The notes beneath the pieces were generated by a model. It saw nothing but the letters and a program-made list of their open reading frames with translations. It was not told where the DNA came from and did no database searches. 64,000 nucleotides of DNA from Isurus oxyrinchus (Eukaryota): positions 1-64,000 of the forward strand of contig JANJGN010000838.1 of NCBI GenBank assembly GCA_026770705.1. The letters are read 5' to 3'. Positions 51,278 through 64,000 of this stretch are shown here, in pieces (position 1 is the first letter of the stretch; each line of letters begins with the position of its first letter). Made by a program: the position numbers and the translations under genes.

Positions 51278-52563
51278 ACCCTCCGACAGTGCAGATCTCC
51301 CTAATTACTGACCCTCCAACAGTGCAGCACTCCCTCAGTACTGACCCTCTGGCAGTGCAGCATTCCCTAAGTATTGACCCTCCAACAGTGCAGCACTCCC
51401 TCAGTACTGACCCTCCAACAGTGCAGAGCTCCCTAATTACTGACCCTCCGACAGTGCAGCACTCCCTCAGTACTGACCCTCCGACAGTGCAGCATTCCCT
51501 AAGTACTGACCCTCCGAGAGTGCAGCACTCTTCCAGTACTGGCCCTCCAACAGTGCAACACTCCCCTAGTACTGAACCTCCAACAGTGCAGCACTCCCTC
51601 AGTACTGACCCTCCAACAGTGCAGCACTCCCTCAGTACTGACCCTCTGACAGTGCACCACTCCATCAGTACTGACCCTCCGACAGTGCAGCACTCCCTCA
51701 GTACTGATCTTCCAACAGTGCAGCAGTCCATCAGTACTGACCCTCCGACAGTGCACCACTCCCTCAGTCCTGATCCTCCAACGGTGCAGCACTCCCTCAG
51801 TACTGATCCTCCAACAGTTCAGCACTCCCTCAGTACTGACCCTCTGACAGTGCACCACTCCCTCAGTCCTGATCCTCCAACGGTGCAGCACTCCCTCAGT
51901 ACTGATCCTCCAACAGTTCAGCACTCCCTCAGTACTGACCCTCTGACAGTGCACCACTCCATCAGTACTGACCCTCCGACAGTGCAGCACTCCCTCAGTA
52001 CTGATCTTCCAACAGTGCAGCAGTCCATCAGTACTGACCCTCCGACAGTGCAGCACTCCCTCAGTACTTACCCTCTGACAGTGCAGCACTCCTTCAGTAC
52101 TGACCCTCTGACAGTGCAGCACTCTCTCAGTACTGACCCTCTGACAGTGCAGTACTCCCTCAGTACTGACCCTCTGAGAGTGCAGCACTCCCTGAGTACT
52201 GACCCTCTGATAGTGCAGCACTCCCTCAGTACTGACCCTCCAACAGTGCAGCACTCCCTCAGTACTGACCCTCTGACAGTGCAGCACTCCCTCAGTACTG
52301 ACCCTCTGACAGTGCAGCACTCCCTCAGTACTGACCCTCTGACAGTGCAGCACTCCCTCAGTACTGACCCTCTGACAGTGCAGCACTCCCTCAGTACTGA
52401 CCCTCTGACAGTGCAGCACTCCCTCAGTACTGACCCTCTGACAGTGCAGCACTCCCTCAGTACTGACCCTCTGACAGTGCAGCACTCCCTCAGTACTGAC
52501 CCTCTGACAGTGCAGCACTCCCTCAGTACTGACCCTCTGACAGTGCAGCACCTCTTCAGTACT
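51278..52563 (+). repeat. 33-bp satellite array at the cassette B/C junction
   Basis: Directly visible. Confidence 0.95.
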
Positions 52564-54687
52564 GCGTCCTGTATCTTTGGAAGTCTCTCCTTAATCCTTG
52601 GGTTGTGGAGGATCTCAGAGACTCTCATGTAATTGAGAAGTCACCATGAGCACAGCAGCAGTCAGAATAGACAGATCTACAACCCAACACTCACACTTGC
52701 TGCACAGTTTCACCACCAAACCACAAGAATTAAGCAAACTGGCTTAAAATAAAGAGATGACAATTCAGCCTGTGTGGAAAGGTCAGAAGTTTATTGTTTC
52801 CTGTTTGTCTCTGATCTGCAGCGCAGATAAATATTAGAAAACCACAGAATCAAACAGCACAGAAAGAGGCCACTCAGTCCATTGTCCCTGTCCTGGTCTC
52901 CTGGGACAGATATCCAATTGGTCCCAATCTCCCATTCTCTCACACTCTGCAAGTATTTTGAAAGATCCTATTGAATCTGCTTCCACCGCCCTTTCAGGCA
53001 GCACCTTCCAGATCACAGCAACTCGCTGTGTACAATCAAACCTAACCTGCCTGCTCAGTGATGGTTACTCCCGTCTGAGGGGATGTATATTCATGAATTT
53101 GGATTCAATCTGGAACAGGAAGAATTTGAAGGACGATGGGGGAAGAGAGGTGGATTGAAACCAATTGTGTGCTTCTTTTAAAGAGCTAGCACAGCCAAGA
53201 TGGCATGAATGGCCTCCTGCTATTCTATATGATTCTGTGATATGATGAAGAAAGTTCCTTTTCAGCAACAGTTTACCTCTTCTGCTGAAACTCTTCATGT
53301 TGGAGAAGAGGAAGTGATGGTTTCCATCAGCGTTTAGTGTGTGTTCCAGTTCAGTTTTAACCGAAACTCAGTGAAGCGGATGGTGAAGGTCATGAACCCA
53401 CCACAGCGGCACCTCCAACACATGCAGAGCTCAGGCTAGAGGCGCTTTGTTAGTGTGTTTCACAGTGTCTGCTGGGGTAGGGTCAGTGCTGAGCTTGGGG
53501 ACATGTCAGTCTACAATGCTGCATCGGAATCAACAATACAACAATATGGGGTTTGGATCAGAAATAATTTGATCCTCTGACAGTGCAGCACTCCCTCAGT
53601 ACTGATTCTCCAACAGTGCAGCACTCCCTCAGTACTGACCCTCTGACAGTGCAGCACTCCCTCAGTACTGACCCTCTGGCAGTGCAGCACTCCCACAATA
53701 CTGAGCCTCTGACAGTGCAGCATTCCCTCAGTACTGACCCTCTGGCAGTGCAGCACTACCACAATACTGAGCCTCTGACAGTGCAGCACTGCTTCAGTAC
53801 TGACCCTGCAACAGTGCAGCACGCCCTCAGGAATGACCCTCTGACAGTGCAGGACTCTCAGTCCTGACAGCGAGTGCCGGTCTGGTTTGGCAGTCTGAAT
53901 TTTGCCAAATGAATCTCGAACAGACGACCTTCTCACTCAGACAGTGAGAGAGGGTTTGAAACCCAATGACCCACAGGAGAAATTCCTGGTCAATGACTTT
54001 CCACTTTTGAGCAGAAATATCATCACAAGTCCAGAACGCAAAGGGTTAACAGCTTCAAAAAACTCTAAACATGAGCTGCATTCTCACAAAGTGACCACTT
54101 CCACATTTTGACTCACAGTGACACATCAACCCTTTCTAATTAAATACACAGAGGGAGCAGCACAGGAAGAGGTCATTCAGCCCAAGCAGAGTGTGTGGAT
54201 AGTTCCTCCCCAGGCGAGCAGTCGGACAGGTACTGGGTAAGTAACGGAACGATTGGAATTCACTTCCACGACCAACACCGTCCTATGTTGATGTTGTGAC
54301 TTTATAAAGACAGATTCCAATGATTGATGCCTTTGAAAGATTTCTACTAATTATTGAGATCTGGGTGTGAGGCTCAAGTCTGTTGTACAGAACATCTTTC
54401 TAGCTCAAGGGATGAGGGAAGTGCAGGGACATGAGCTTTGGGACACCCTGAGGTGGTGAAAGGTGCTATAGAAATGCAAGTCCTTCAATGTTTTTCTTTC
54501 TTAAAGCCTTGTAACTCTCTGCAGAGCACCTATCATCCCACAGAGAATCAAATTAGATCCGTGAAGACATTGTCTAAAAGCAGTTCTGATCTCTCGAGAG
54601 CTGTCGGACAAGAGGTGAGGTCTCATTAACTCCTTTCTCTTTCAGAACTTCAGAGTTAGAAGCTGAGGAATTATCTGGGAGTGGACA

Positions 54688-54727
54688 ATGATCGGGAAAT
54701 CTTTCTTCCTCCTGTCACTTCTCCAAG
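54688..54727 (+). CDS. Cassette C leader exon MIGKSFFLLSLLQ
   Basis: Intact ATG and donor. Confidence 0.8.
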
Positions 54728-56235
54728 GTAATATCATTGTCATCTCGGACAGATTTATGATTAATAGTCTTTGTAAAAGATCATTCTTATTAAGCTGTGA
54801 CTGTCGAACTGATTCAGCAGTGAGCCAGTGTACAAACTCACACCAAGTCCCATTCACCCATCACCCCTGTGCTCACTGATATACACTGACTCCCTGTCTG
54901 ACAGCAGAATTGGAGGAGAGCAGAGATCTCAGAGGGTTGAAGGGGCTGGATGAGGTTACAGAGCCAGCGAGTGGAGAGGGGGTTGGGGGGATTGGGAATT
55001 GAGCATGAGAATCTTAAAATGGAGGCACTGCTTGACTGGGAGCCTATGTAAGTCAGTGTGGATGGGGGGAAGGGTGGTAAAAGGTTGAGTAGAAAATCAG
55101 GGATAAAAACTGGAGGATGAAGTCTCTCCCTATGTTAGGTGTCTGATAGCAATATCCTGAAATGTGTCTTTTGCTGATTTTATTCAGAATTTCCCATGAA
55201 GACAACACAGCAGCTCCTAGAATAGACAGGCTGTTCAGTGTCACACTTCCTGTCCATTCTCACCATGCTAGATACTTCAATAAGGGAGCAAGATAACTGA
55301 AAGAGAAAAGGAAGGTAAAGCTGTCCGTGTGTAAAGGTGTCAATATTCAGTTTGTATATTTGTCTTTCTCTCGACACATGCAGAGCTCAGGCTAGAGGCA
55401 CTATGTTATTGTGTTTCACAGTGTCTGCTGGAGTAGGGTCAGTGCTGAGCTTGGGGACAAGTCAGTCTACAATGCTGCATCGGAATCAACAATACAACAA
55501 TATGGGGTTTGGATCAGAAATAATCCCTTAGACAATGAGGATCCAAAGATATTCCTAAAACAATGAGGATCCAAAGAGATTCCTCAGTCAATGAAGGTCC
55601 AAAGTGCACCAATCAGATTGAATCAGATTAGCCAATCAGCTGTGTTGAAGAGCAGACAGGAATGTTAGGCTAATTAGTGATTCATGACGGTGATAATGGG
55701 GGGAGTTCTGAGGGCTCCTAATCCATTGTCCTGTCTTGTAAATCAGCACTGAATGGATCTCAGTTGGTGTGTCTTGTAGACAGTGTGTTGGGTCACATTT
55801 AATCATTGACATTAAAGTGATAATTAGAGGCTGCATTTGGACTGAACATGAAGCTGTCACCAGGCCGCTTGAAATTAACAATCCAAATGGTCCAGATGAG
55901 CAGAGAGCAATAGATTATATTTACATAGCGCCTTAACTGTAAAAAAAAACAATCCAAGGGGCTACACAGGAGCATTATAATACAAGGCACAGTGACACTG
56001 TCTCACTGGCTTCACTAAACAGGGTCCTGAGGACCATGAGCCAATGTAGAATGAACTAGTCCACTCCTGTGTCCAGGACTCTCTTCCATCCATTGTGAAA
56101 CCTTGGGGAGTACCTTGTGTGTCCTGTAGATGGTCCACACTGCAGCCACTGTGCCCCAGTGATGGAGGGGGTGGATATTGAGCCTAATGGATCTTCAAAA
56201 CATCCAGAGTTAAATATTGATATTTCTCTCCCCAG

Positions 56236-56604
56236 TTGGACTGTCACAAGAGTGGAAAGGTGACACTCCCCGAGAGGTGACAGCGCAGGAAGGTTCGTGT
56301 GTACAGATTCCATGTCATTACAGTTATCCATCACATTTGGAAAGCCAACCGCGAGGTGGAGTCTGGTTTAATAATGAGAAACAGATTCCCTGGGCTCCCA
56401 TTGCCTTTCACTCCAAGGATCACAGTCACGAGTTACCACGGTTCCACCATCGGACCCGGCTGTCTGGAGACCTGAAAGATGGCGACTGTTCCCTGATTAT
56501 AAACAACATCAGACGGGAAGATGCAGGACCTTATTTTTTCAGGATAGAATTTGACAATGGTCCGAGCCATAACTATTACCCTGTAACCCAGCTTCACGTT
56601 TCTG
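56236..56604 (+). CDS. Cassette C Siglec V-set exon
   Basis: 369 nt open, intact splice sites. Confidence 0.88.
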
Positions 56605-57463
56605 GTAAGTGCTGTGTTATAATTACTCAACAATTCACATTCAACACTCAATGGGAAATAACACAAACTGTGACGTTTACATATTAACACAAAACACAGC
56701 TTAATATAACACACTGTCTGATTCTCAATAACCTGGTGATAGCTTCCAGTTCAGTCCTAAAGCAACCTCTAATACTCACTTTAATATCAATGATGAAAAG
56801 CATTAACTGTATTATCAGGTTATCCACACCCATCAATCTCTCCTGTCCTGTTTAAAAGTCTGACGTATCGATAAAAGAAAGATGTGCATTTCTGCAGCGC
56901 AATTTACCACCTCAGGTGGATCCAAATCCCTTCACAGCCAATGAAATTATTCCTGAATTGTGGTCACAGATGTTAAACACAGCAGGCAGTTTGTGCACAG
57001 CAAGATCCAACAAACCACAAGGTGATAAATCACCCAGATCACTGAGGAAATGAGAAGCCAGTGAACTCAAACCTCTGGTCTGATGAAGAGTCATACGGAC
57101 TCGAAACGTTAACTCTGTCTTCCTCTCCACTGATACTGTCAGACCTGCTGAGTCTTTCCAGCAATTTTTGTTTTTGTTTCAGATTTCCAGCATCCACAGT
57201 ATTCTGCTTTTAACTCCAATCTCTGGTCTGAGCCTCTTCTCTCATCCAGTGTTCTCAATTCACATGTCTCGGAGTGAACGTGTATTAAGCTGAGAGACAG
57301 AAACACTACTGCCAAAGAGCAAGAAAATCTTTCCTGATCATTGTAACCTCTCAGTTCTGATATCATCCTTGTAAAAGTGCTTTCTCTTGTGGGACTGTGA
57401 TTTCTATTTGAACTGATGCTTCACGTTATATTTGTCTAAAAGGATCCATTCTCTGTCTGTTAG

Positions 57464-57760
57464 ATTTCACAGATAAACCCACGATATTCCCTGCTGAAAT
57501 TATTGCAGGAAAGCGTGTGGATGTAAGCTGCACCTTCAACACAAAGTGCAATGGAACAGCAGCACCTGTCTTAACCTGGGACACTCCCACTGACGTACCT
57601 GGATCCGTCTCAAACACTGTAACTCAGCATGGTGTCACTCTGACCTATACTTCTGTTCTGACCCTGACCCCATCACTCAAACACCACGGACACACTCTCA
57701 GCTGCAGAGTGAGATATCCATCTGTTTCATCGGAGCGGACCCTCGTACTAACTGTGCAAT
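57464..57760 (+). CDS. Cassette C Siglec C2 exon
   Basis: 297 nt open, intact splice sites. Confidence 0.88.
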
Positions 57761-58242
57761 GTAAGTACGGACACCTTTCATTCTACATTAGCTAGAACAG
57801 TGTAGATAATGCACAGCAGGATCCCATAGAAAGGTATTCTGATGAGAATCAGATAATCTGTTTTTTAGGGAAAATAGTGACCAGAACACAATTAATAACA
57901 GTTTCTGAACAGTAACACAGCGGCTTTTATTTCCAGCCAAGAGACCGATAGAGCAGAGCAGGAATCGCAATGTACTCACCCCCTGACAGTGCAGCACTCC
58001 CTCAGTACTGACCCTATGACAGTGCAGCACTCCCTCAGTACTGACCCTATGACAATGCAACACTCCCTCAGTACTGACCCTCTGACAGTCAGCACTCCCT
58101 CAGTACTGACCCTCCGACAGTGCAGCACTCCCTCAGTACTGACCCTCTGACAGTGCAGCACTCCCTCAGTCCTGACCCACTGACAGTGCAACACTCCCTC
58201 AGTAATGACCCTTTGACAGTGCTGCTCTCCCTCAGTATTGCC

Positions 58243-61200
58243 TTTAAACTAAATAGATGGGGAGAGTGTTCTGGAGAGGGTATATGTAGGCTTACAAAGC
58301 AAAAGGATTTGCCAGCATTGCAGGATAGCTGTTTTGGTGATGATACCCAGTGTGTGACAGGTGGGTACACAGTGTCCAAACATTAAAATACATCAGCAAA
58401 TAGAGTCAAAGGGAGGAAAATGATAAAAAGACAAAATTAATGGCTCTTGACTTAAATGCACATAGTATTTGGAACAAAATAAATGAATTAAAGGCAAAAA
58501 TAGAGGTTAATGGGTTTGATCTTATAGCCATTATGGAGACATGGTTACAAGGAGATCAAAGCTTTGAAATAAATATTCAGGGGTATGTGTCTTTTCAAAA
58601 AGACAGGCAGGAAGGAAAGGTGGTGGGGTAGCTTTGTTAATAGGAGATGGAATAAGTACGAAAGCAAGAAATGATCTTGGATCGGAGGGTATAGAATCCA
58701 TATGGCTCGAGGTAATGAATAACAAGGGGAGGTAGGAACTGGTGGGAGTGGTCTATCAGCCCCATGACTGTAGCTCGGCTGTAGGACAGAGAATAAATCA
58801 TGAGATAATGAGGGCATGTAAAAAAGGCAGTACATTAATCTTCATGTAGATTGGGAAAACCCAATTGGCAGAGGTAGCCATGAGCAAGAATTCATAGAGT
58901 GTATTCAAGACAGTTTCCTGGAATAATATGTCGTGGATCTAACCAGGGATCAGGCTATTTTGGATCTGGTAATGTGTAATGAGGCAGGTTTCATACATGA
59001 TCTCAGAATAAATGATCCCGTGGAAAACAGTGAACATAACCTGGTAGAATTTAGCATTCCCTCTGAGACTGAGAAACCTGGGTCGGAAACAACTGTGCTG
59101 GACTTAAATAAGTGTAATTACAAAGGAATAAGGACAGGGTTGTCTGGAGTGGACTGGGAAAGGGGTTTAGCAGAAAAGATGCTGGATGAACAAAGCAGAT
59201 GTTTAAGAAAATAGCTCATGACTCACAACAACGATATATCCCAGTGAGAAAGAAGGATTGTAGGAAGAGAATAAACCAACCTGGGTTACCCAAAGAAGTT
59301 AAGGTGTGTGTCAAATTGAAAGAAAAAACATGCAGCACGACAAAGATTAGTGGTAAGCCAGAGGATTGAGAGAGTTTTAAAAACCAACAGAAGATGACCA
59401 AAAAATAAATAAAGAGGGAGAAAACTAGGTAAACTAGCAATTGATATAAAAAAGGACAATAAAAGCTCCTTTAAATATATAAAAAGGGAGAGAGAGACCA
59501 AAGTGTTCATAGGCCCCTTAGAGAACTAGGCTGGGGAAATAATAATGGGGAACCAGAAAATGACAGAGGAGTTGAAAAAATACTTTGCATCAGTCTTCAC
59601 GGTAGAACACACTAATATCATTCCAAAAATACTAAATAATCAAGGGGCAAAAGGGGGGTGGGGAGAGGAAATAAATACAATAACTATCACTAGAGAATAA
59701 CGCTAGCGAAACTAATGGGTCTCAAGTCTGATAGGTCCCCTGGACCTGATAGGTTGCATCTTAGGATATTAAAGGAAGTAGATGCAGAGATAGTGGATGT
59801 ACTGGTTTTAATCTTCCAAGAATCCTTAGATTCTGGGAAACTCCCAGAGGATTGGAAATCTGCCAAAGTAACACCCATATTCAAAAAGGGAGGGAGACAA
59901 CAAACAGGTAACTATAGGCCAGTTAGCTTAACATCTGTCATTGGGAACATGTTAGAGTCCATTATAAAGGATGTAATAGCAGACTATTTAGAAATGCATA
60001 ATTTAATCACACACAGGCTTCATGAAGGGGAAATCATGCATGACAAATTTATTAGAATTCTTTGAGGAGGTAACAAACAGGATAGATAAAGGGGAACCAG
60101 TAGATGTAATATATTTGGATTTCCAAAAGTTGTTCAGTAAAGTATCACATATAAGGCTACTTAATAAGATAAGAGCCCATGGTGATGCAGGCAGTATATT
60201 AGCATGGACAGAGGATCGGCTAACTAATAGAAGTCAGAGAGTTGGGATAAGGGGGGCATTTTCAGGATGGCAACCTGTGGAGTGCCACAGGGATCAGTGC
60301 TGGGGCCACAATTATTTACAATATATAATTAATGACTTGGATGAGGGAAATTAATGTACTATCGCCAAGTTTGTGGATGGCACAAAAATAGATGGGAAGG
60401 CAAGTGGTGAGGGTGTCACAAAGAGTCTACAGAGAGACATAGACAGGTTCAGTGAGTGGACATCAACTTGGCAGATGGAATATAATGTGGGAAAATGTGA
60501 GCTGCTGCACTGTGGCAGGATGTATAGAGGAGCTGAATATTATTTCAATGGAGAAAGACATTGGAAAGGTGAAGCATAGAGGAATTTGGGGGTCATCAGA
60601 AAGATAACATACAAGTTCAACAGTTAATAGGGAAGGCAGGTGGAATGTTGGCCTTTATTTCAAAGGGAATGGAGTATAAAAATAGGGAAGACTTGCCAAA
60701 ACTTTACAAGGCACTAGTTAGACCACACCTAGAATACTGTGAGCAGTTTTGGTTCCCTTATCTAAGGAAAGATGTACTGGCATTGGAGGCAGTCCAGAGA
60801 AGGTTCACTAGGTTGATCTCAGTAATGGAGGGATTTTCATATGAGGAGAGGTTGAGTAGGATGGGCCTGTACTCATTGGAGTTTAGGAGAATGAGAGCTG
60901 ACCTTATTGAAACATATAAGATTCTTAGGGTGCTTGACAGGGTAGATGCTGAGAGGTTGTTTCCCCTTGTGGGAGAGTCTAGGACCAGAGGGCATAATCT
61001 CAGAGTAAGGGGTCACCCATTTAAGACAGAGATGAGGAGTTTCTTCTCTCAGAGGGTAGTGAATGTGTGGAATTCTTTACTGCAGAGAGCTGCAGAGGCT
61101 GGGTCATTAATTATATTCAAGGCTGAGATACACAGTTTTTTAATCAGTCAGGGAATCAAAGGCTATGGGGAAGAGGCAGGAAAGTGGAGTTGAGGATTGT

Positions 61201-61292
61201 CAGATCAGCCATGGTGTCATTGAATGGCGGAGCAGAGTTGATTGGCCGAATGGCCTCCTTCTGCTCTGACGTCTTGTGGTCTTATGGTCTTA
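58243..61292 (+). mobile_element. Degraded CR1 LINE (co-duplicated copy)
   Basis: Near-identical to 38100-41145. Confidence 0.93.
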
Positions 61293-61294
61293 TC

Positions 61295-62540
61295 ACCCTC
61301 CGACAGTGCAGATCTCCCTAATTACTGACCCTCCAACAGTGCAGCACTCCCTCAGTACTGACCCTCTGGCAGTGCAGCATTCCCTAAGTATTGACCCTCC
61401 AACAGTGCAGCACTCCCTCAGTACTGACCCTCCAACAGTGCAGAGCTCCCTAATTACTGACCCTCCAACAGTGCAGCACTCCCTCAGTACTGACCCTCCG
61501 ACAGTGCAGCATTCCCTAAGTACTGACCCTCCGAGAGTGCAGCACTCTTCCAGTACTGGCCCTCCAACAGTGCAACACTCCCCTAGTACTGACCCTCCAA
61601 CAGTGCAGCACTCCCTCAGTACTGACCCTCCAACAGTGCAGCACTCCCTCAGTACTGACCCTCTGACAGTGCACCACTCCATCAGTACTGACCCTCCGAC
61701 AGTGCAGCACTCCCTCAGTACTGATCTTCCAACAGTGCAGCAGTCCATCAGTACTGACCCTCCGACAGTGCACCACTCCCTCAGTCCTGATCCTCCAACA
61801 GTGCAGCACTCCCTCAGTACTGATCCTCCAACAGTTCAGCACTCCCTCAGTACTGATTCTCTGACAGTGAAGTACTTGCTCAGTACTGACTATGCGGCAG
61901 TGCAGCTTTCACAGTACCTGCCCTCCAACAGTGCAGCAGGTCATCAGTACTCACGCGCCAAGAGGGCAGCTCTCCCTCAGTACTGACCCTCCCACAGTGC
62001 AGCACTACCTCAGTACTGACCCTCCAACAGTGCAGCAATCCTTCAGTACTGACCCTCCAACAATACAGCACTCCCTCAGTACTGAACTGAAGTGTCTGCC
62101 TGAATTAAGTGCTTTGTGGTGAAGGAACCTACATTGATATCACACCTTTCACATTCTCAGGGTCCCTCTTCAGTACTGACCCTCTGACAGTGCAGCATTG
62201 CTTCAGTACTGACTCTCTTACAGTGCAGCACTCCCTCAGTACTGACCCTCTGACAGTGCAGCACTCCCTCAATACTGACCCTCTGACAGTGCAGCATTGC
62301 TTCAGTACTGACCCTCTGACAGTGCAGCACTCCCTCAGTACTGACCCTCTGACAGTGCAGCACTCCCTCAGTACTGACTCTCTGACAGTGCAGCACTCCC
62401 TCAGTACTGACCCTCTGACAGTGCAGCACTCCCTCAGTACTGACCCTCTGACAGTGCAGCACTCCCTCAGTACTGACCCTCTGACAGTGCAGCACTCCCT
62501 CAGTACTGACCCTCTGACAGTGCAGCACCTCTTCAGTACA
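61295..62540 (+). repeat. 33-bp satellite arrays at the end of cassette C
   Basis: Directly visible. Confidence 0.95.
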
Positions 62541-64000
62541 GGGTCCTGAATCTTTGGAAGTCTCTCCTTAATCCTTGGGTGTGGAGGATCTCAGAGACTC
62601 TCATGTAATTGAGAAGTCACCATGAGCACAGCAGCAGTCAGAATAGACAGATCTACAACCCAACACTCACACTTGCTGCACAGTTTCACCACCAAACCAC
62701 AAGAATTAAGCAAACTGGCTGAAAATAAAGATGACAATTCAGCCTGTGTGGAAAGGTCAGAAGTTTATTGTTTCCTGTTTGTCTCTGATCTGCAGTGCAG
62801 ATAAATATTAGAAAACCACAGAATCAAACAGCACAGAAAGAGGCCACTCAGCCCATTGTCCCTGTCCTGGTCTCCTGGGACAGATATCCAATTGGTCCCA
62901 ATCTCCCATTCTCTCACACTCTGCAAGTATTTTGAAAGATCCTATTGAATCTGCTTCCACCGCCCTTTCAGGCAGCACCTTCCAGATCACAGCAACTCGC
63001 TGTGCACAATAAAACCTAACCTGCCTGCTCAGTGATGGTTACTCCCATCTGAGGGGATTTATATTCATGAATTTGGATTCAATCTGGAACAGGAAGAATT
63101 TGAAGGACGATGGGGGAAGAGAGGTGGATTGAAACCAATTGTGTGCTTCTTTTAAAGAGCTAGCACAGCCAAGATGGCATGAATGGCCTCCTGCTATTCT
63201 GTGTGATTCTGTGATATGATGAAGAAAGTTCCTTTTCAGCAACAGTTTACCTCTTCTGCTGAAACTCTTCATGTTGGAGAAGAGGAAGTGATGGTTTCCA
63301 TCAGCGTTTAGTTTGTGTTCCAGTTCAGTTTTAACCGAAACTCAGTGAAGCGGATGGTGAAGGTCATGAACCCACCACAGCGGCACCTCCAACACATGCA
63401 GAGCTCAGGCTAGAGGCACTTTGTTAGTGTGTTTCACAGGGTCTGCTGGAGTAGGGTCAGTGCTGAGCTTGGGGACAAGTCAGTCTACAATGCTGCATCG
63501 GAATCAACAATACAACAATATGGGGTTTGGATCAGAAATAATTTGATCCTCTGACAGTGCAGCACTCCCTCAGTACTGATTCTCCAACAGTGCAGCACTC
63601 CCTCAGTACTGACCCTCTGACAGTGTGTGTTCCAGTTCAGTTTTAACCGAAACTCAGTGAAGCGGTTCTGATCCTCCAACAGTGCAGCACTCCCTCAGTA
63701 CTGATCCTCCAACAGTTCAGCACTCCCTCAGTACTGATTCTCTGACAGTGAAGTACTTGCTCAGTACTGACTATGCGGCAGTGCAGCTTTCACAGTACCT
63801 GCCCTCCAAAAGTGCAGCAGGTCATCAGTACTCACGCGCCAAGAGGGCAGCTCTCCCTCAGTACTGACCCTCTGACAGTGCAGCACTACCTCAGTACTGA
63901 CCCTCCAACAGTGCAGCACTCCATCAGTACTGACCCTCCAACAATACAGCACTCCCTCACTACTGAACTGAATTGTCTGCCTGAATTAAGTGCTTTGTGG

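Larger units (their letters stand above)
32240..62540 (+). repeat. Tandem segmental duplication, three ~10-kb units plus the start of a fourth (62540-63625)
   Basis: The same unique sequence restarts at ~32240, 42590, 52565 and 62540. V exons start at 35664, 46219 and 56236. Confidence 0.97.

Noticed and set aside
35664-57760. Tandem V exons as rearranging Ig/TCR/IgNAR segments
   Set aside because: They end in splice donors rather than RSS heptamer-spacer-nonamer, have the Siglec cysteine pattern, and no J segments were seen. The CACAGTG-like words nearby are mostly repeat-derived.

Overview
Vertebrate genomic DNA, most likely cartilaginous fish (inferred only from the repeat landscape: CR1-type LINEs, degraded Gypsy elements, SINE tails and an abundant 33-bp satellite). 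The window is part of a Siglec (CD33-like sialic-acid-binding Ig lectin) cluster. One apparently complete gene lies on the minus strand: leader 22379-22340, V-set 21389-21021, C2 20077-19781, C2 15404-15123, a 270-N gap, then a TM exon at 14734-14638. Its single TM exon is followed by four tandem ~3-kb cassettes. Each cassette has an intact 82-nt juxtamembrane exon and an intact 249-nt terminal exon. The three proximal tails have a broken ITIM (FLYANP) plus an ITSM-like motif (TEYAQI); the distal tail has an ITIM-like LFYANI plus TEYTQI. Head-to-head on the plus strand are three ~10-kb tandem cassettes, each holding only a putative promoter, leader, V-set and first C2 exon, all open and with no TM exon in the window. 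An orphan tyrosine-motif terminal exon (27378-27494) lies between the two blocks. The standout hypothesis is a modular Siglec system with switchable signalling tails on one side and arrayed ectodomain cassettes on the other. All exon structures were deduced by eye from splice sites and phase; there is no expression evidence.
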